A DNA stretch of 46,409 nucleotides from Octopus bimaculoides. Its lineage: Eukaryota. Location: positions 41,580,532-41,626,940 of the forward strand of contig NC_068984.1 in the NCBI RefSeq assembly GCF_001194135.2, read 5' to 3'. Each line of letters starts with the position of its first letter. Within the stretch, counting starts at the first letter, position 1. Shown here one piece after another: positions 39,857 to 45,793 of this stretch. The notes below the pieces were generated by a model. The model was not told the DNA's origin and searched no databases. It worked only from the letters and a program-made list of their open reading frames with translations. The translations under genes and the position numbers were made by a program.

Positions 39857-41469
39857 ATGTGCTTGTCCCAAACCGTTTCACTTAAACCACTACTCTAGTA
39901 GTCCTGAGTGGTTGGCGTTAGGAAGGGCATCCAGCTGTAGAAACTCTGCCAAATTTAGATTGGAGCCTGGTGTTGCCATCCGGTTTCACCAGTCCTCAGT
40001 CAAATCGTCCAACCCATGATAGCATGGAAAGCGGACGTTAAACGATGATGATGATGATGATGATGAAACAGGATATAAATAGAAAAGTTAAGATTATTTG
40101 TACTTACATACTCAGATCAGTGGGTTATGAAAGGCTCCAAATGACAAATACACAGATATCCCTATGATGCTCTCTGTTCAACTTCTTGATGGTAATTGCG
40201 GGTGACAAGCCTATTCACAAGGTTGCCAGATATTGCCACTCACCAGAGCTCCACTACCTCAACTCACTCCCTTTTGATCTCTCTACATCGCTAGAAACAA
40301 CTTCCTTTCTACAAGTACAAACACTAATATTATCTTAATACTACACCAATAAGCTATGGTAAATAGAAAATATATTGTCCTATCACAAATATACTATATT
40401 TACTTACACAAACTCTACTATGGTCATTGAGTACCAAGCTCCACCAGCCAGCTGATAAGTTGTTTACTGCAGTGCATAAGGTGAAATTACTGAAATTATG
40501 CTATTGTTTCTTTCTTTTCTGGAAACTCACCGCAGTTGATGGTTTGCAGATCAGCACTGGTCCACGGACTACCACTTTGAGTAGCACTTCTCTAATCCAC
40601 TCCAACATAGAAAATGGATGTAAAATTGGACAAGTGAATCAATGTATATTTTTAATACAAGCATATGAATATTAAAGCAAACATTTATTTGCAAGTGTTT
40701 CTTCATTTGGTTACAATCAACAGAATATACATATTTTTCTTTTTATCTTCATTATATTTAACATATGTATTTCAAACATTGTGTATTTATGCTTTTGTTG
40801 ATTGTTTGTTAATTACAGTCCCAAGTCAGCGAAATGTGTATAATCTTAGAGCTTTTAGTGAACCAAAAGTCATCACATCTCCTGGCTACCCGAATGGTTA
40901 TAAACCCAATCTGAATTATTTATGGATAATTCAAACTGATGTTGGATTCAAAATTTCAATAAATATTACAGACCTGAATTTTGAGCAAAATTGCTATAGG
41001 GATTACCTTTACTTTATGCGAAGTAAGTAGACAAATAACTGTTAATAAGCAATTTTCTAATTTTTTCCATCTTTACATTTTGAGTTCAAATTTCACTGAA
41101 GTTGGCTTTGCCTTTCATCCTTTACAGGATGATAAAATAAGTACCACTTGAGTATTGGGGTCAATGTAATTGACTTACTCCTCCTCCAAATTGTTGGCCT
41201 TGTGCTAAAATTTGAAACCAATATATCTGTTTGTAAGATGTAATTAAAAGAGTGAGCAATAAGAAGAGCATCTGACTACAAAATACTACCACAAAAAAAA
41301 AGTAATCATAGCATGGCTGTGTGGTAAGAAGTTTGCTTCTCAACCACATAGTTCTGGGTTCAGTCCCGCTGCATGGCACCTTGGGCATGTCTTCTACTAT
41401 AGCTTTGGGATGACTAAAGCCCTGTAAGTGAATTTTTAAACTGAAAGAAGCCAGTTGTGTGTGTGTATG

Positions 41470-41507
<38 letters not shown>

Positions 41508-44500
41508 NNNNNNNNNNNNNNNNNNNNNNNNNNNNNNNNNNNNNNNNNNNNNNNNNNNNNNNNNNNNNNNNNNNNNNNNNNNNNNNNNNNNNNNNNNNNN
41601 NNNNNNNNNNNNNNNNNNNNNNNNNNNNNNNNNNNNNNNNNNNNNNNNNNNNNNNNNNNNNNNNNNNNNNNNNNNNNNNNNNNNNNNNNNNNNNNNNNNN
41701 NNNNNNNNNNNNNNNNNNNNNNNNNNNNNNNNNNNNNNNNNNNNNNNNNNNNNNNNNNNNNNNNNNNNNNNNNNNNNNNNNNNNNNNNNNNNNNNNNNNN
41801 NNNNNNNNNNNNNNNNNNNNNNNNNNNNNNNNNNNNNNNNNNNNNNNNNNNNNNNNNNNNNNNNNNNNNNNNNNNNNNNNNNNNNNNNNNNNNNNNNNNN
41901 NNNNNNNNNNNNNNNNNNNNNNNNNNNNNNNNNNNNNNNNNNNNNNNNNNNNNNNNNNNNNNNNNNNNNNNNNNNNNNNNNNNNNNNNNNNNNNNNNNNN
42001 NNNNNNNNNNNNNNNNNNNNNNNNNNNNNNNNNNNNNNNNNNNNNNNNNNNNNNNNNNNNNNNNNNNNNNNNNNNNNNNNNNNNNNNNNNNNNNNNNNNN
42101 NNNNNNNNNNNNNNNNNNNNNNNNNNNNNNNNNNNNNNNNNNCTTGAATTTCGTTCTAAATGCTAATTATGAACCTTTATACGAAGAAGTAACTACCGCT
42201 TACACACCATTACAATTTACATAAAATAACAACACTTAAACAGTCGATAAAACTAAATACATACATCCTCTCTCTCACCATTATATTTTACACCATTACA
42301 TTTTACATCAAATACAAACTATTCTAAAGCAACAGGTCATTTTACACAACATCTTCACGAGACACGTGTTCTGATTCATCTATTCAGCACCACTACAGTC
42401 TTGCCCATCTGACATATGGTGAGTAGATGCTATTGTTGTATATTTTCAAACTTACCCGTATTTACTAACCCATGATTAATCCTCATCTTTCCTGCATAGG
42501 ACATCTATTCTGTTTTCACAGACCATGAAATTTTGTAACAGCACGTCCACTACCATTGATGGAAAAGGAAGATACCGTATTCACTTACAAACATTTTACA
42601 CATCGTTACATGACTACCTAAGACATTGTTACAATTGTGAGAATAATAAAACAGCTTTTTCAGGGCCACCTCACATTCTATTGTTACCCACTTCTCAGAG
42701 TGCTGCAATGCTCTTGGCAAGGCTTTCTGTCCCATTGCAAATCGATTGGTTGGTTTTCAACTTATAGCAATCTTTCCCTCAGTAATCATAATTGAGTAGA
42801 ATCATCAACAGTAATTTAAAACAATTAAGCCCCGAGCAACGCCGGGCACTTCTGCTAGTATATGTATAAAGGTTACGAAGGGTATTGGAGTCAACCAAAC
42901 CCTAAAGATACAGTAATACTGAGTAAGTGCTGTATACCGACTAGTTTTGCCCCTGACGTGGTTGCAACATGAGTGGGGAATAAACACGGGTCGTGTATTA
43001 GTGTGTGTATATATAAAAAAAGAATAAGATAAAGAGACCAATGGCATAAGTAAAGTTATATTTTTTGTATAAAGTCTTACAGCTGTAAAACTTTATACAT
43101 AAAATATAATTTTACTTATGCCATTGGTCTCTTTATCTTATTCTTTTTATATANNNNNNNNNNNNNNNNNNNNNNNNNNNNNNNNNNNNNNNNNNNNNNN
43201 NNNNNNNNNNNNNNNNNNNNNNNNNNNNNNNNNNNNNNNNNNNNNNNNNNNNNNNNNNNNNNNNNNNNNNNNNNNNNNNNNNNNNNNNNNNNNNNNNNNN
43301 NNNNNNNNNNNNNNNNNNNNNNNNNNNNNNNNNNNNNNNNNNNNNNNNNNNNNNNNNNNNNNNNNNNNNNNNNNNNNNNNNNNNNNNNNNNNNNNNNNNN
43401 NNNNNNNNNNNNNNNNNNNNNNNNNNNNNNNNNNNNNNNNNNNNNNNNNNNNNNNNNNNNNNNNNNNNNNNNNNNNNNNNNNNNNNNNNNNNNNNNNTAT
43501 ATATGTATGTGTGTGTGTATGTATGTATGTATGTATGTATCTGTGTTTATCCCCATCCACTGCTTGACAACTGGTGCTGGTGTGTTTGCATCTTTGTAAT
43601 TTAGGTTCTTGGCAAAAAAGAGTACCAGGCTTAAAAAAGAAAAACTCCTGTGGTTGATTCATTTGACTAAAAATTCTTCAAGTCAGTGCCCCAGTATAGT
43701 TGCAATCTAATGACTGAAACAAATAAAAGATGATGGAGTACACATGAATTATCATGAGGTCCGCAAGGCTAATCTTGCTTTAACAGAGAAAGTAGTCTTA
43801 AAACATTTCTTGTATAAATGTTGTGAAATGACACTGTCAGGAGACTGAAAGTACTCAAGTCAATTCTTTTGTAATTTTTTAAATGTGTGTCCATTCCACA
43901 GCTGTGAAGTGGTGATCAAATTTATGTTTTAGATTTTACTCAATTCAACTTGCTTTCTTGAGCTGTCAGTTTTTATTTTATTATAACAAAAATGTAAGAT
44001 TTTATTTATATATCATTTCTGTGGAGTACAGCTAGCTTAGATGAGAAGATATTGTTCAGTTGAAGATGGAAGCTTATACATTAGTTTTTAATAGTCGAAT
44101 TGACCAAGCTCTACTAATGCACCAGAAGGTGATAAAAATCAATACTCTAAGTATTGACAGTCCTTTAAAACTTGACAGATGTTTTGTAAATTATTTTGCT
44201 ATGTTCAAATTCAGTGGGGAAACTTATAGCTGTATTTGTATCTTGATTCCCTTTAGTGATGATGCAGAGGATCATACCGGCCAAGTAGTTTATTTTGTTT
44301 GCACATAAAAGACACCATTTCGAGCGTGGCTGTTTTCGCGCGGGTGACACGTAAAAGCACCCACTACACTCTCTGAGTGGTTGGCGTTACGAAGGGCATC
44401 CAGCTGTAGAACCTCTGCCAAATTAGATTGGAGCCTGGTGTTGCCATCCGGTTTCACCAGTCCTCAGTCAAATCGTCCAACCCATGCTAGCATGGAAGGC

Positions 44501-45705
44501 GGACGTTAAACGATGATGATGATGATGATGATATATATTTGAGTCTAAGCATTAACACAATGGAAACTTGAATTTTCTCAGTTTCTATGGACAAGTTTCT
44601 CTCTGTTAATATTGAAATTTTTAAATAGTCCCATTCAAAATGACAATTCTAAAACATTCAGCTAGAATGCTATTACCAGACTCAAGAAACCACTTCAGTC
44701 TGTTTAGTGTCAAAAATCTTGTCAGGAGAAGGTTAAATTGGTTTGGTCACTAGTAGCACATAAATTCAAATTGTTTACAAAATATTATATGATCTACCAG
44801 AGAGAAAGATGGATGGTCAGCAATAGTAGTTTTTGAAGCATGTCAATATTAATGTTGAACTGAGTGACATTCAACCATATATATTATAACTTATCTAAGT
44901 TTTAACCATTATTGGCCCAGGCCATGTCTAACTTAATAGAATTACCCAGAATAGTCTTTTAAGTTTTGTTTTTGGGACACCATAGCGCACTGAATTAGGG
45001 AGTTGTTTGTTGAAATGTATCTGTATGTCTGTGTTTTATCTGGTGTTTTTTGGAAAAATTTACCCACATGCTATTTGCATACTTGCATATAAAACTAGGG
45101 ACAAAAACTGTATGGTGTTGGTAGTAGTAAAAGGGTAAAGACCCCCTTCGGTCATGAATGACCATGAGATTGCACCTAGAAAGTTACTCTCTGAGGCATA
45201 ATTCGAGGCAAGGTTGTTTATGGAAAACCAGAAGTCACCCATGCATAGCAGCCTTCCCTCTCCAAGCCACCAATGTTATCCAAGGGAAAGGCAAAATCTG
45301 ATACAGCTTGGCACCAATGATGTTGTAACTCATTTCTACAGCCAAGTGAACTAGAGCAATGTAAAATATAGTGTCTTGCTGAAGAACACAACACGCAGCC
45401 CTGTCTGGGAATTGAACTCACTACTTCATGATTGTGAGCCTGGTGCTCTAACCACTAAGCTACGTGCCTTCACTGTTGGCAGTAGCAGTATATTTGTTTT
45501 TGTAATTTTCATGTCTCCATTGTTGTCTCATTGGTTAATTGTTTCTAATTGTATATATAATTAATTTGTTTTTTAGTGTACAACTATTATTGTAAAATGA
45601 GTCAAGTAGGAGGACCAATATTTTCACATTCAAACAGGATGGTCATCCGCTTTAGATCTGATAGAAGCAACAATGGAAGCGGATTTAGTCTGGAATATAA
45701 AAAAG
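901..45705 (+). CDS. CUBN: Cubilin-like multi-CUB receptor gene, internal part (17 exons; half of CUB6 plus CUB7-CUB14 in human numbering); 5' and 3' ends outside window
   Basis: 17 AG..GT/GC-bounded exons join in one open frame of 2849 nt with matching phases. Tandem CUB motifs are present (CGG..SPxYPxxY..CxWxI..C..DYLE..G.YCG..F.SD..GF). Domain-specific landmarks match human cubilin as I recall it: GSYETSPLLG..SHSNHL..SLTTGCGG, YYHRAECLW, LCHNIQKPMLLTSTGNK..EIKGGCGG, STSSCGG, SPGNKVQVAF, and a Cys-less FGG start of CUB13. Ortholog versus paralog cannot be settled without a phylogeny. Confidence 0.9.
1265..1508 (+). mobile_element. RTE LINE 3'UTR, 5'-truncated and diverged
   Basis: GGTTGGCATTAGGAAGGGCATCCAGCC core and (GAT)n tail shared with the ORF-bearing copies at 25108 and 31018. 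Confidence 0.7.
1841..2200 (+). mobile_element. tRNA-derived SINE, family D (head GGCTGTGTGGTAAG)
   Basis: Box A-like TGGCTGTGTGG, box B-like GGTTCCATCC, internal (TG)n and tail ..ACTGAAACAAGTAAAAGAA; homologous to 8810, 37545 and 41311. Confidence 0.7.
2963..4215 (-). mobile_element. Decayed RTE-clade LINE (RT core to 3'UTR)
   Basis: The minus strand encodes ELFYADDLVLIAES, KGLRVNLAKTKV and RIRTGWAMFRELQTLL..KLYDACVRTAMLHG..ET. It has stops and frameshifts and ends in the (GAT) tail. Confidence 0.9.
4685..4860 (+). CDS. CUBN: Exon 2 (phase 1-0), CUB7 first half
   Basis: ttgcAG|GATGTGGT...TTAGAG|GTAAGT; GCGGELYAESATIESPHYPHNYYHRAECLWHIRV...FQLENSCVFDYLE. Confidence 0.95.
4876..6100 (-). mobile_element. 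Highly decayed RTE LINE
   Basis: Minus-strand remnants LDLEKAL (about 5950-5980) and LLPLLAIKKFSLQVKSKLYDACVR..LHGSKT (about 5270-5360). The 3' tail starts about 15 nt after the exon 2 donor. Boundaries are approximate. Confidence 0.65.
6596..6752 (+). mobile_element. RTE LINE 3'UTR fragment
   Basis: GAGTGGTTGGCATTAGGAAGGGC..GATGATGAT. Confidence 0.7.
8533..8745 (+). mobile_element. tRNA-derived SINE, family B
   Basis: Head AGCTGGCAGAATCATTAGC, box B GAGTTCAAATTCC, tail GGCCTTGTG.CAAAATTTG; homologous to 17325 and 26505. Confidence 0.7.
8810..9238 (-). mobile_element. tRNA-derived SINE, family D
   Basis: Reverse complement of the 1841 type; box B GGGTTCAGACCC; internal (CA)n. Confidence 0.75.
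9321..9474 (+). CDS. CUBN: Exon 3 (phase 0-1), CUB7 second half
   Basis: tttttAG|GTTCGC...ACTG|GTAAAC; VRDTNQYGVSLGKFCGVNKPPTLTSISNRLFIKFRTDGSVSYRGFKITYNT; not in the ORF track. Confidence 0.95.
9577..11211 (-). mobile_element. Putative non-autonomous Helitron
   Basis: The minus-strand 3' end has the hairpin CCCAG-GCAACA-CTGGG, then CTAG followed by T (9577-9604), the same terminus type as at 42830-42858. The 5' end near 11211 is only a guess. Confidence 0.5.
12799..12983 (+). CDS. CUBN: Exon 4 (phase 1-0), CUB8 first half
   Basis: ttttcAG|TATGC...TTAGAA|GTAAGT; VCSQMELTDISGIIESPGFPQQYGNRNNCTWVI...FEVEPGFNCKYDYLE. Confidence 0.95.
13025..13093. repeat. (AAT)n microsatellite
   Basis: Direct reading; begins about 41 nt after the exon 4 donor. 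Confidence 0.95.
13246..13935 (+). mobile_element. R4/Dong-clade non-LTR retrotransposon 3' end (restriction-like endonuclease)
   Basis: One frame, 13228-13836, with a single TAG. It contains the CCHC knuckle (Y)RMC..SISHIVSEC, RRHDNV, RWPDMII..IIDVAIP, KIVKY, and the C-terminus VIPVITGALG..QKTALLGTVCILRRVL*. Flanked by (AAT)n on both sides. Confidence 0.88.
14007..14153 (+). mobile_element. Second, very short R4/Dong-type 3' end
   Basis: Encodes LLGTVKILYKVLEA* (stop 14051-14053), homologous to the ALLGTVCILRRVL* end of the upstream element. It has a different 3'UTR ending in AATAATAA. Confidence 0.65.
14154..14727 (+). mobile_element. About 570 bp non-coding interspersed element ending in (AAT)n
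   Basis: Bounded by AAT runs on both sides and has no ORF. I recognise it as an abundant octopus repeat from memory; class uncertain. Confidence 0.5.
14728..14909. repeat. Compound (AAT)n/(GAT)n microsatellite
   Basis: Direct reading; it produces the spurious poly-N and poly-I ORFs. Confidence 0.95.
15274..15433 (+). CDS. CUBN: Exon 5 (phase 0-1), CUB8 second half
   Basis: taaaAG|GTGCGT...ACTG|GTAAGT; VRDGDQANSPLLGKFCGLALPLRLKSSKSALRLQFVTDSSVIKSGFRVEYFQT. Confidence 0.95.
15546..15813. mobile_element. Palindromic MITE-like element; 66-bp inverted repeat at 15546-15687
   Basis: Arms 15546-15611 and 15622-15687 pair completely (60 Watson-Crick plus 6 G-T). The non-palindromic right extension to about 15813 is probably the remainder of the longer arm. 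Confidence 0.65.
17325..17548 (-). mobile_element. tRNA-derived SINE, family B, relatively intact (CpGs retained)
   Basis: Minus strand GGTGGGCTGGCGGAAACGTTAGC..GAGTTCAAATTCCGCTGAGGTCGACTTTGCCTTTCATCC..GGCCTTGTGCC. Confidence 0.8.
17987..18162 (+). CDS. CUBN: Exon 6 (phase 1-0), divergent CUB9 first half
   Basis: catttAG|GTTGT...TTAAAG|GTATTC; GCIRKLNRPSRKLRPIRYWHDSDYFCIWIITVNPGRKIQLNVTSITLGSSATCNSTFLK. The 176 nt length equals exons 2 and 8. Confidence 0.88.
18941..19100 (+). CDS. CUBN: Exon 7 (phase 0-1), CUB9 second half
   Basis: ttttcAG|GTTTTT...GGAG|GTGAGA; VFDGDNLRSSVLANLCHNIQKPMLLTSTGNKMTVLISEFASSDFQVEYKEIKG. Confidence 0.92.
20310..20632 (-). mobile_element. tRNA-derived SINE with central GTGTCTTGCTCAAGGACACAAC domain
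   Basis: tRNA-like head at the right end; central domain shared with 38625, 45125 and 46100. Confidence 0.7.
20860..22210 (+). mobile_element. Highly decayed RTE LINE (RT region)
   Basis: + strand remnants FVDLEKSFDRV, HQGSVLSSLLLIIVL, NVDDPLLIA, NLELKRLKVNL and VVNSFYYL. Confidence 0.75.
22310..22485 (+). CDS. CUBN: Exon 8 (phase 1-0), CUB10 first half
   Basis: ttcccAG|GTTGT...CTCACA|GTAAGT; GCGGNYVIQVGSITSPNYPHNYPHNSNCDWLI...FRINGNCSSNYLT. Confidence 0.95.
22707..23700 (-). mobile_element. Decayed RTE LINE
   Basis: Minus ORF KINLGTTKVLISKK..WSYFICRK..IQCTKY..CGRCRG is homologous to 3889-4077; CATCATCAT tail at the left end. Confidence 0.65.
23893..24751. other. Assembly gap (859 N), (TA)n on both sides
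   Basis: N run. Confidence 1.
24752..25085 (+). mobile_element. Three C2H2 zinc fingers, probably the C-terminus of an RTE/BovB-type LINE ORF2
   Basis: ..AGLKSHLRTH, FECDVCQRACKSNGGLKRHVRIH, and CNLCGCFF/KMLSGLKSHIRRH with one frameshift in T7 at 24979-24985; stop at 25043; no TGEKP linkers. Confidence 0.6.
25108..25880 (-). mobile_element. RTE LINE 3' end (ORF2 C-terminus plus 3'UTR with internal repeats)
   Basis: Minus strand WYGHVIRMDEDSCVKKCRTLAVEGNCGRGRPRKNWDEVVKHDL; (GAT)n tail. Confidence 0.88.
25889..25946. repeat. (TA)n microsatellite
   Basis: Direct reading. Confidence 0.95.
26505..26710 (+). mobile_element. SINE family B, diverged
   Basis: GAGTTCAAATTCTG..TTTGCCTTT..GGCCTTGTGCC. 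Confidence 0.6.
26720..26997 (+). mobile_element. RTE LINE 3'UTR fragment
   Basis: GAGTGGTTGGCAGTAGGAGGGGCATC..GATGATGATG. Confidence 0.7.
27118..27262 (+). CDS. CUBN: Exon 9 (phase 0-1), CUB10 second half
   Basis: acttcAG|ATGTCT...CAAG|GTAAGT; MSERNIPGDQYCGQSLQGKTFTFDSAVLIEMHTDNISLAKGFKLNYSQ; not in the ORF track. Confidence 0.9.
29587..29688 (+). CDS. CUBN: Exon 10 (phase 1-1), CUB11 N-terminal third
   Basis: attcAG|AGTGTGGT...ACTA|GTAAGT; ECGNRYDATSEGEIQSSDMQDSKTCRWLLQANKT; not in the ORF track. Confidence 0.9.
29789..30013 (+). CDS. CUBN: Exon 11 (phase 1-1), rest of CUB11
   Basis: caactAG|ATGAA...TCAA|GTAAGT; NERVTLHFTKFSADINCNKEYVKVLDGIDQAAPVIGTYCGRQLPPTITSRGSALYVII...FSTSTS. Confidence 0.93.
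30030..30117. repeat. (CA)n microsatellite
   Basis: Direct reading. Confidence 0.95.
30118..30331. mobile_element. Mariner-type MITE (about 215 bp)
   Basis: Imperfect TIRs GGGTGCAGAAAAGTTTCTGGCTTT and AAAGCTAGGAACTTTTCAACGCCCC; homologous in opposite orientation to 32953-33173. Confidence 0.7.
31018..31574 (-). mobile_element. Young RTE LINE 3' end
   Basis: Intact minus-strand C-terminus KKCHTLTVEGTRGRGRPRKTWAEVVRQDLRTLGLTEAMTTDRDLWKWAVREKTRQAK*, followed by the 3'UTR and (GAT)n tail; CpG-rich. Confidence 0.92.
31653..31785 (+). CDS. CUBN: Exon 12 (phase 1-2), CUB12 N-terminal part
   Basis: aattAG|GTTGT...TTCAG|GTTAGT; SCGGKYHAGTGSFSTPFYPENYPLDTMCVWKLINSPGNKVQVAF(S). Confidence 0.93.
31858..32236 (+). 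mobile_element. Two tandem SINE family B copies separated by (ATT)n
   Basis: Repeated TTTGCCTTT..AAAGTA.CAGTCAA..TACTAGC.TTGT.C.CAAATT followed by ATT runs. Confidence 0.65.
32238..32460 (+). mobile_element. DINE-1/HINE-like non-autonomous Helentron fragment
   Basis: Terminal hairpin ACCTTCACCTT-AGC-GAGGGCGGAGGT, then (GTTT)n and GATGGATTCAGATGAAACTTTCAGG; architecture typical of HINEs. Confidence 0.5.
32953..33173. mobile_element. Mariner-type MITE with TA target duplication, inserted into a SINE B
   Basis: TA at 32951-52 and 33174-75; TIRs GGGTGCTGAAAAGTTCCTGGCTTT and AAAGTCAGGAACTTTTCAGCA. Confidence 0.75.
33550..33625. repeat. Perfect 16-bp minisatellite (CTGGTCCTTATTAAGT) x4.75
   Basis: Units start at 33550, 33566, 33582, 33598 and 33614; no spacers. 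Confidence 0.95.
33760..34125 (+). mobile_element. RTE LINE 3' end of a second (Expander/Rex3-like) family
   Basis: LLDRVHKSEIRESLQIRPPL.IKRSQ..W..H..R...ER..K.IL.A...G.RPKGCP*MRWLDDI; GATGGATGAATGA tail. Confidence 0.7.
34196..34395 (+). CDS. CUBN: Exon 13 (phase 2-1), rest of CUB12
   Basis: ttttacAG|TGTTTTT...CAAA|GTGAGT; VFNLEYHEFCNKDYLESRHENAGGNLIGRFCGSTFPRNISARNGLWLKFRSDDQVKGQGFVAHFSQ. Confidence 0.93.
35904..36017 (+). mobile_element. Tc1/mariner transposase fragment (partial duplicate of 37009-37123)
   Basis: NIQHVQWSLEEEPSVLTRRQSQQLDIS; about 9 differences over about 115 nt versus the downstream copy. Confidence 0.65.
36460..36632 (+). CDS. CUBN: Exon 14 (phase 1-0), CUB13 first half
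   Basis: ttttcAG|AATTTGGT...TTAGAG|GTAGAA; KFGGDLTGSSGSIIIPEWDAPYEVTEWTITVANNLVVFLSLFRMKFLIFEDDCVGYLE; not in the ORF track. Confidence 0.9.
36792..37200 (+). mobile_element. Decayed Tc1/mariner transposase N-terminus (HTH region)
   Basis: MEKFTTE*VKITKFYQQNQWSIVLTQRAYIHHFG..PPS then (frameshift) QQFESQGAVIDLPCAGRP..DNIQHV..EEPS..RQSQQLDIS..LQRI..LNLFLHKMQVAQEL; matches the F..TGSV.D..RSGRP / SQQLGIS / PYKIQ..QEL pattern. Confidence 0.75.
37545..37925 (-). mobile_element. SINE family D
   Basis: Near-complete copy with box B GGGTTCAGTCCCA and internal (CA)n; (CT)n lies just upstream at 37478-37520. Confidence 0.8.
38007..38196 (+). CDS. CUBN: Exon 15 (phase 0-1), CUB13 second half plus linker
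   Basis: tcttAG|ATTCAT...AATA|GTAAGT; IHDGGTRRSPLLGKYCKDEAVKIASSSNQVYLKYVPFANRRQEFSLNWTAVNNITASVMINMN. Confidence 0.92.
38625..38885 (-). mobile_element. SINE with GGTCATGAATGACCATG tail, head missing
   Basis: Homologous to 45125-45472. Confidence 0.7.
39110..39590 (-). mobile_element. RTE LINE internal fragment
   Basis: Minus strand CGRCTG..DSFHYLSD..ARIRIGWVNFRELLPLL..LSLRVKGRL. Confidence 0.8.
39904..40066 (+). mobile_element. Young RTE 3'UTR end
   Basis: About 4 differences from the reverse complement of the 31018 copy; (GAT)n tail. Confidence 0.88.
40819..41022 (+). CDS. CUBN: Exon 16 (phase 1-1), CUB14 first part
   Basis: ttacAG|TCCCA...CGAA|GTAAGT; IPSQRNVYNLRAFSEPKVITSPGYPNGYKPNLNYLWIIQTDVGFKISINITDLNFEQNCYRDYLYFMR. 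Confidence 0.92.
41040..41222 (+). mobile_element. SINE family B, diverged
   Basis: GAGTTCAAATTTC..TTTGCCTTTCATCC..GGCCTTGTGCTAAAATTTGAAACC; starts about 18 nt after the exon 16 donor. Confidence 0.65.
41311..41455 (+). mobile_element. SINE family D, 5' half
   Basis: GGCTGTGTGGTAAGAAG..GGGTTCAGTCCC..AAACTGAAAGAAGCC then (GT)/(TA)n. Confidence 0.8.
41508..42142. other. Assembly gap (635 N)
   Basis: N run. Confidence 1.
42143..42858 (+). mobile_element. Non-autonomous Helitron, 3' part (5' end probably in the gap)
   Basis: Canonical 3' end: GC-rich hairpin CCCGAGCAACGCCGGG (42831-42846), 8 nt, then CTAG (42855-42858) followed by T. Confidence 0.65.
43017..43148. repeat. Spacer-less 132-bp palindrome centred on TACAGCTGTA
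   Basis: 66-bp arms paired base by base: 63 Watson-Crick, 1 G-T, 2 mismatches; flanked by TATA. Confidence 0.95.
43154..43497. other. Assembly gap (344 N)
   Basis: N run. Confidence 1.
43540..43730 (+). mobile_element. SINE family D, 3' half
   Basis: CTGTGTTTATCCCC..TTGACAACTGGTGCTGG..ATGACTGAAACAAATAAAAGA matches the tails of the intact copies. Confidence 0.7.
44301..44531 (+). mobile_element. Young RTE 3'UTR end
   Basis: 7 substitutions in about 227 nt versus the reverse complement of 31021-31247. Confidence 0.9.
45125..45472 (-). mobile_element. tRNA-derived SINE with GGTCATGAATGACCATG tail
   Basis: Head on minus strand GTGAAGGCACGTAGCTTAGTGGTTAGAGC..GAGTTCAATTCC; central GTGTCTTGCT.AAGAACACAAC domain. 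Confidence 0.75.
45577..45705 (+). CDS. CUBN: Exon 17 (phase 1-1), CUB14 second part
   Basis: tttttAG|TGTAC...AAAG|GTAAGG; MYNYYCKMSQVGGPIFSHSNRMVIRFRSDRSNNGSGFSLEYKK. Confidence 0.9.
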
Positions 45706-45793
45706 GTAAGGTTTATCTGGTCTTGGCATCTTTTAGAGAGAGAGAGAGCTCTACTTTACATATGTATATAGGAATTTCCATACTTTTACTTAC

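Noticed and set aside
40540-40590. GGTCCACGGACCACCACTTTGAGTAGCACT, resembling a hAT/Charlie MITE end
   Set aside because: No matching opposite terminus or 8-bp target duplication was found.
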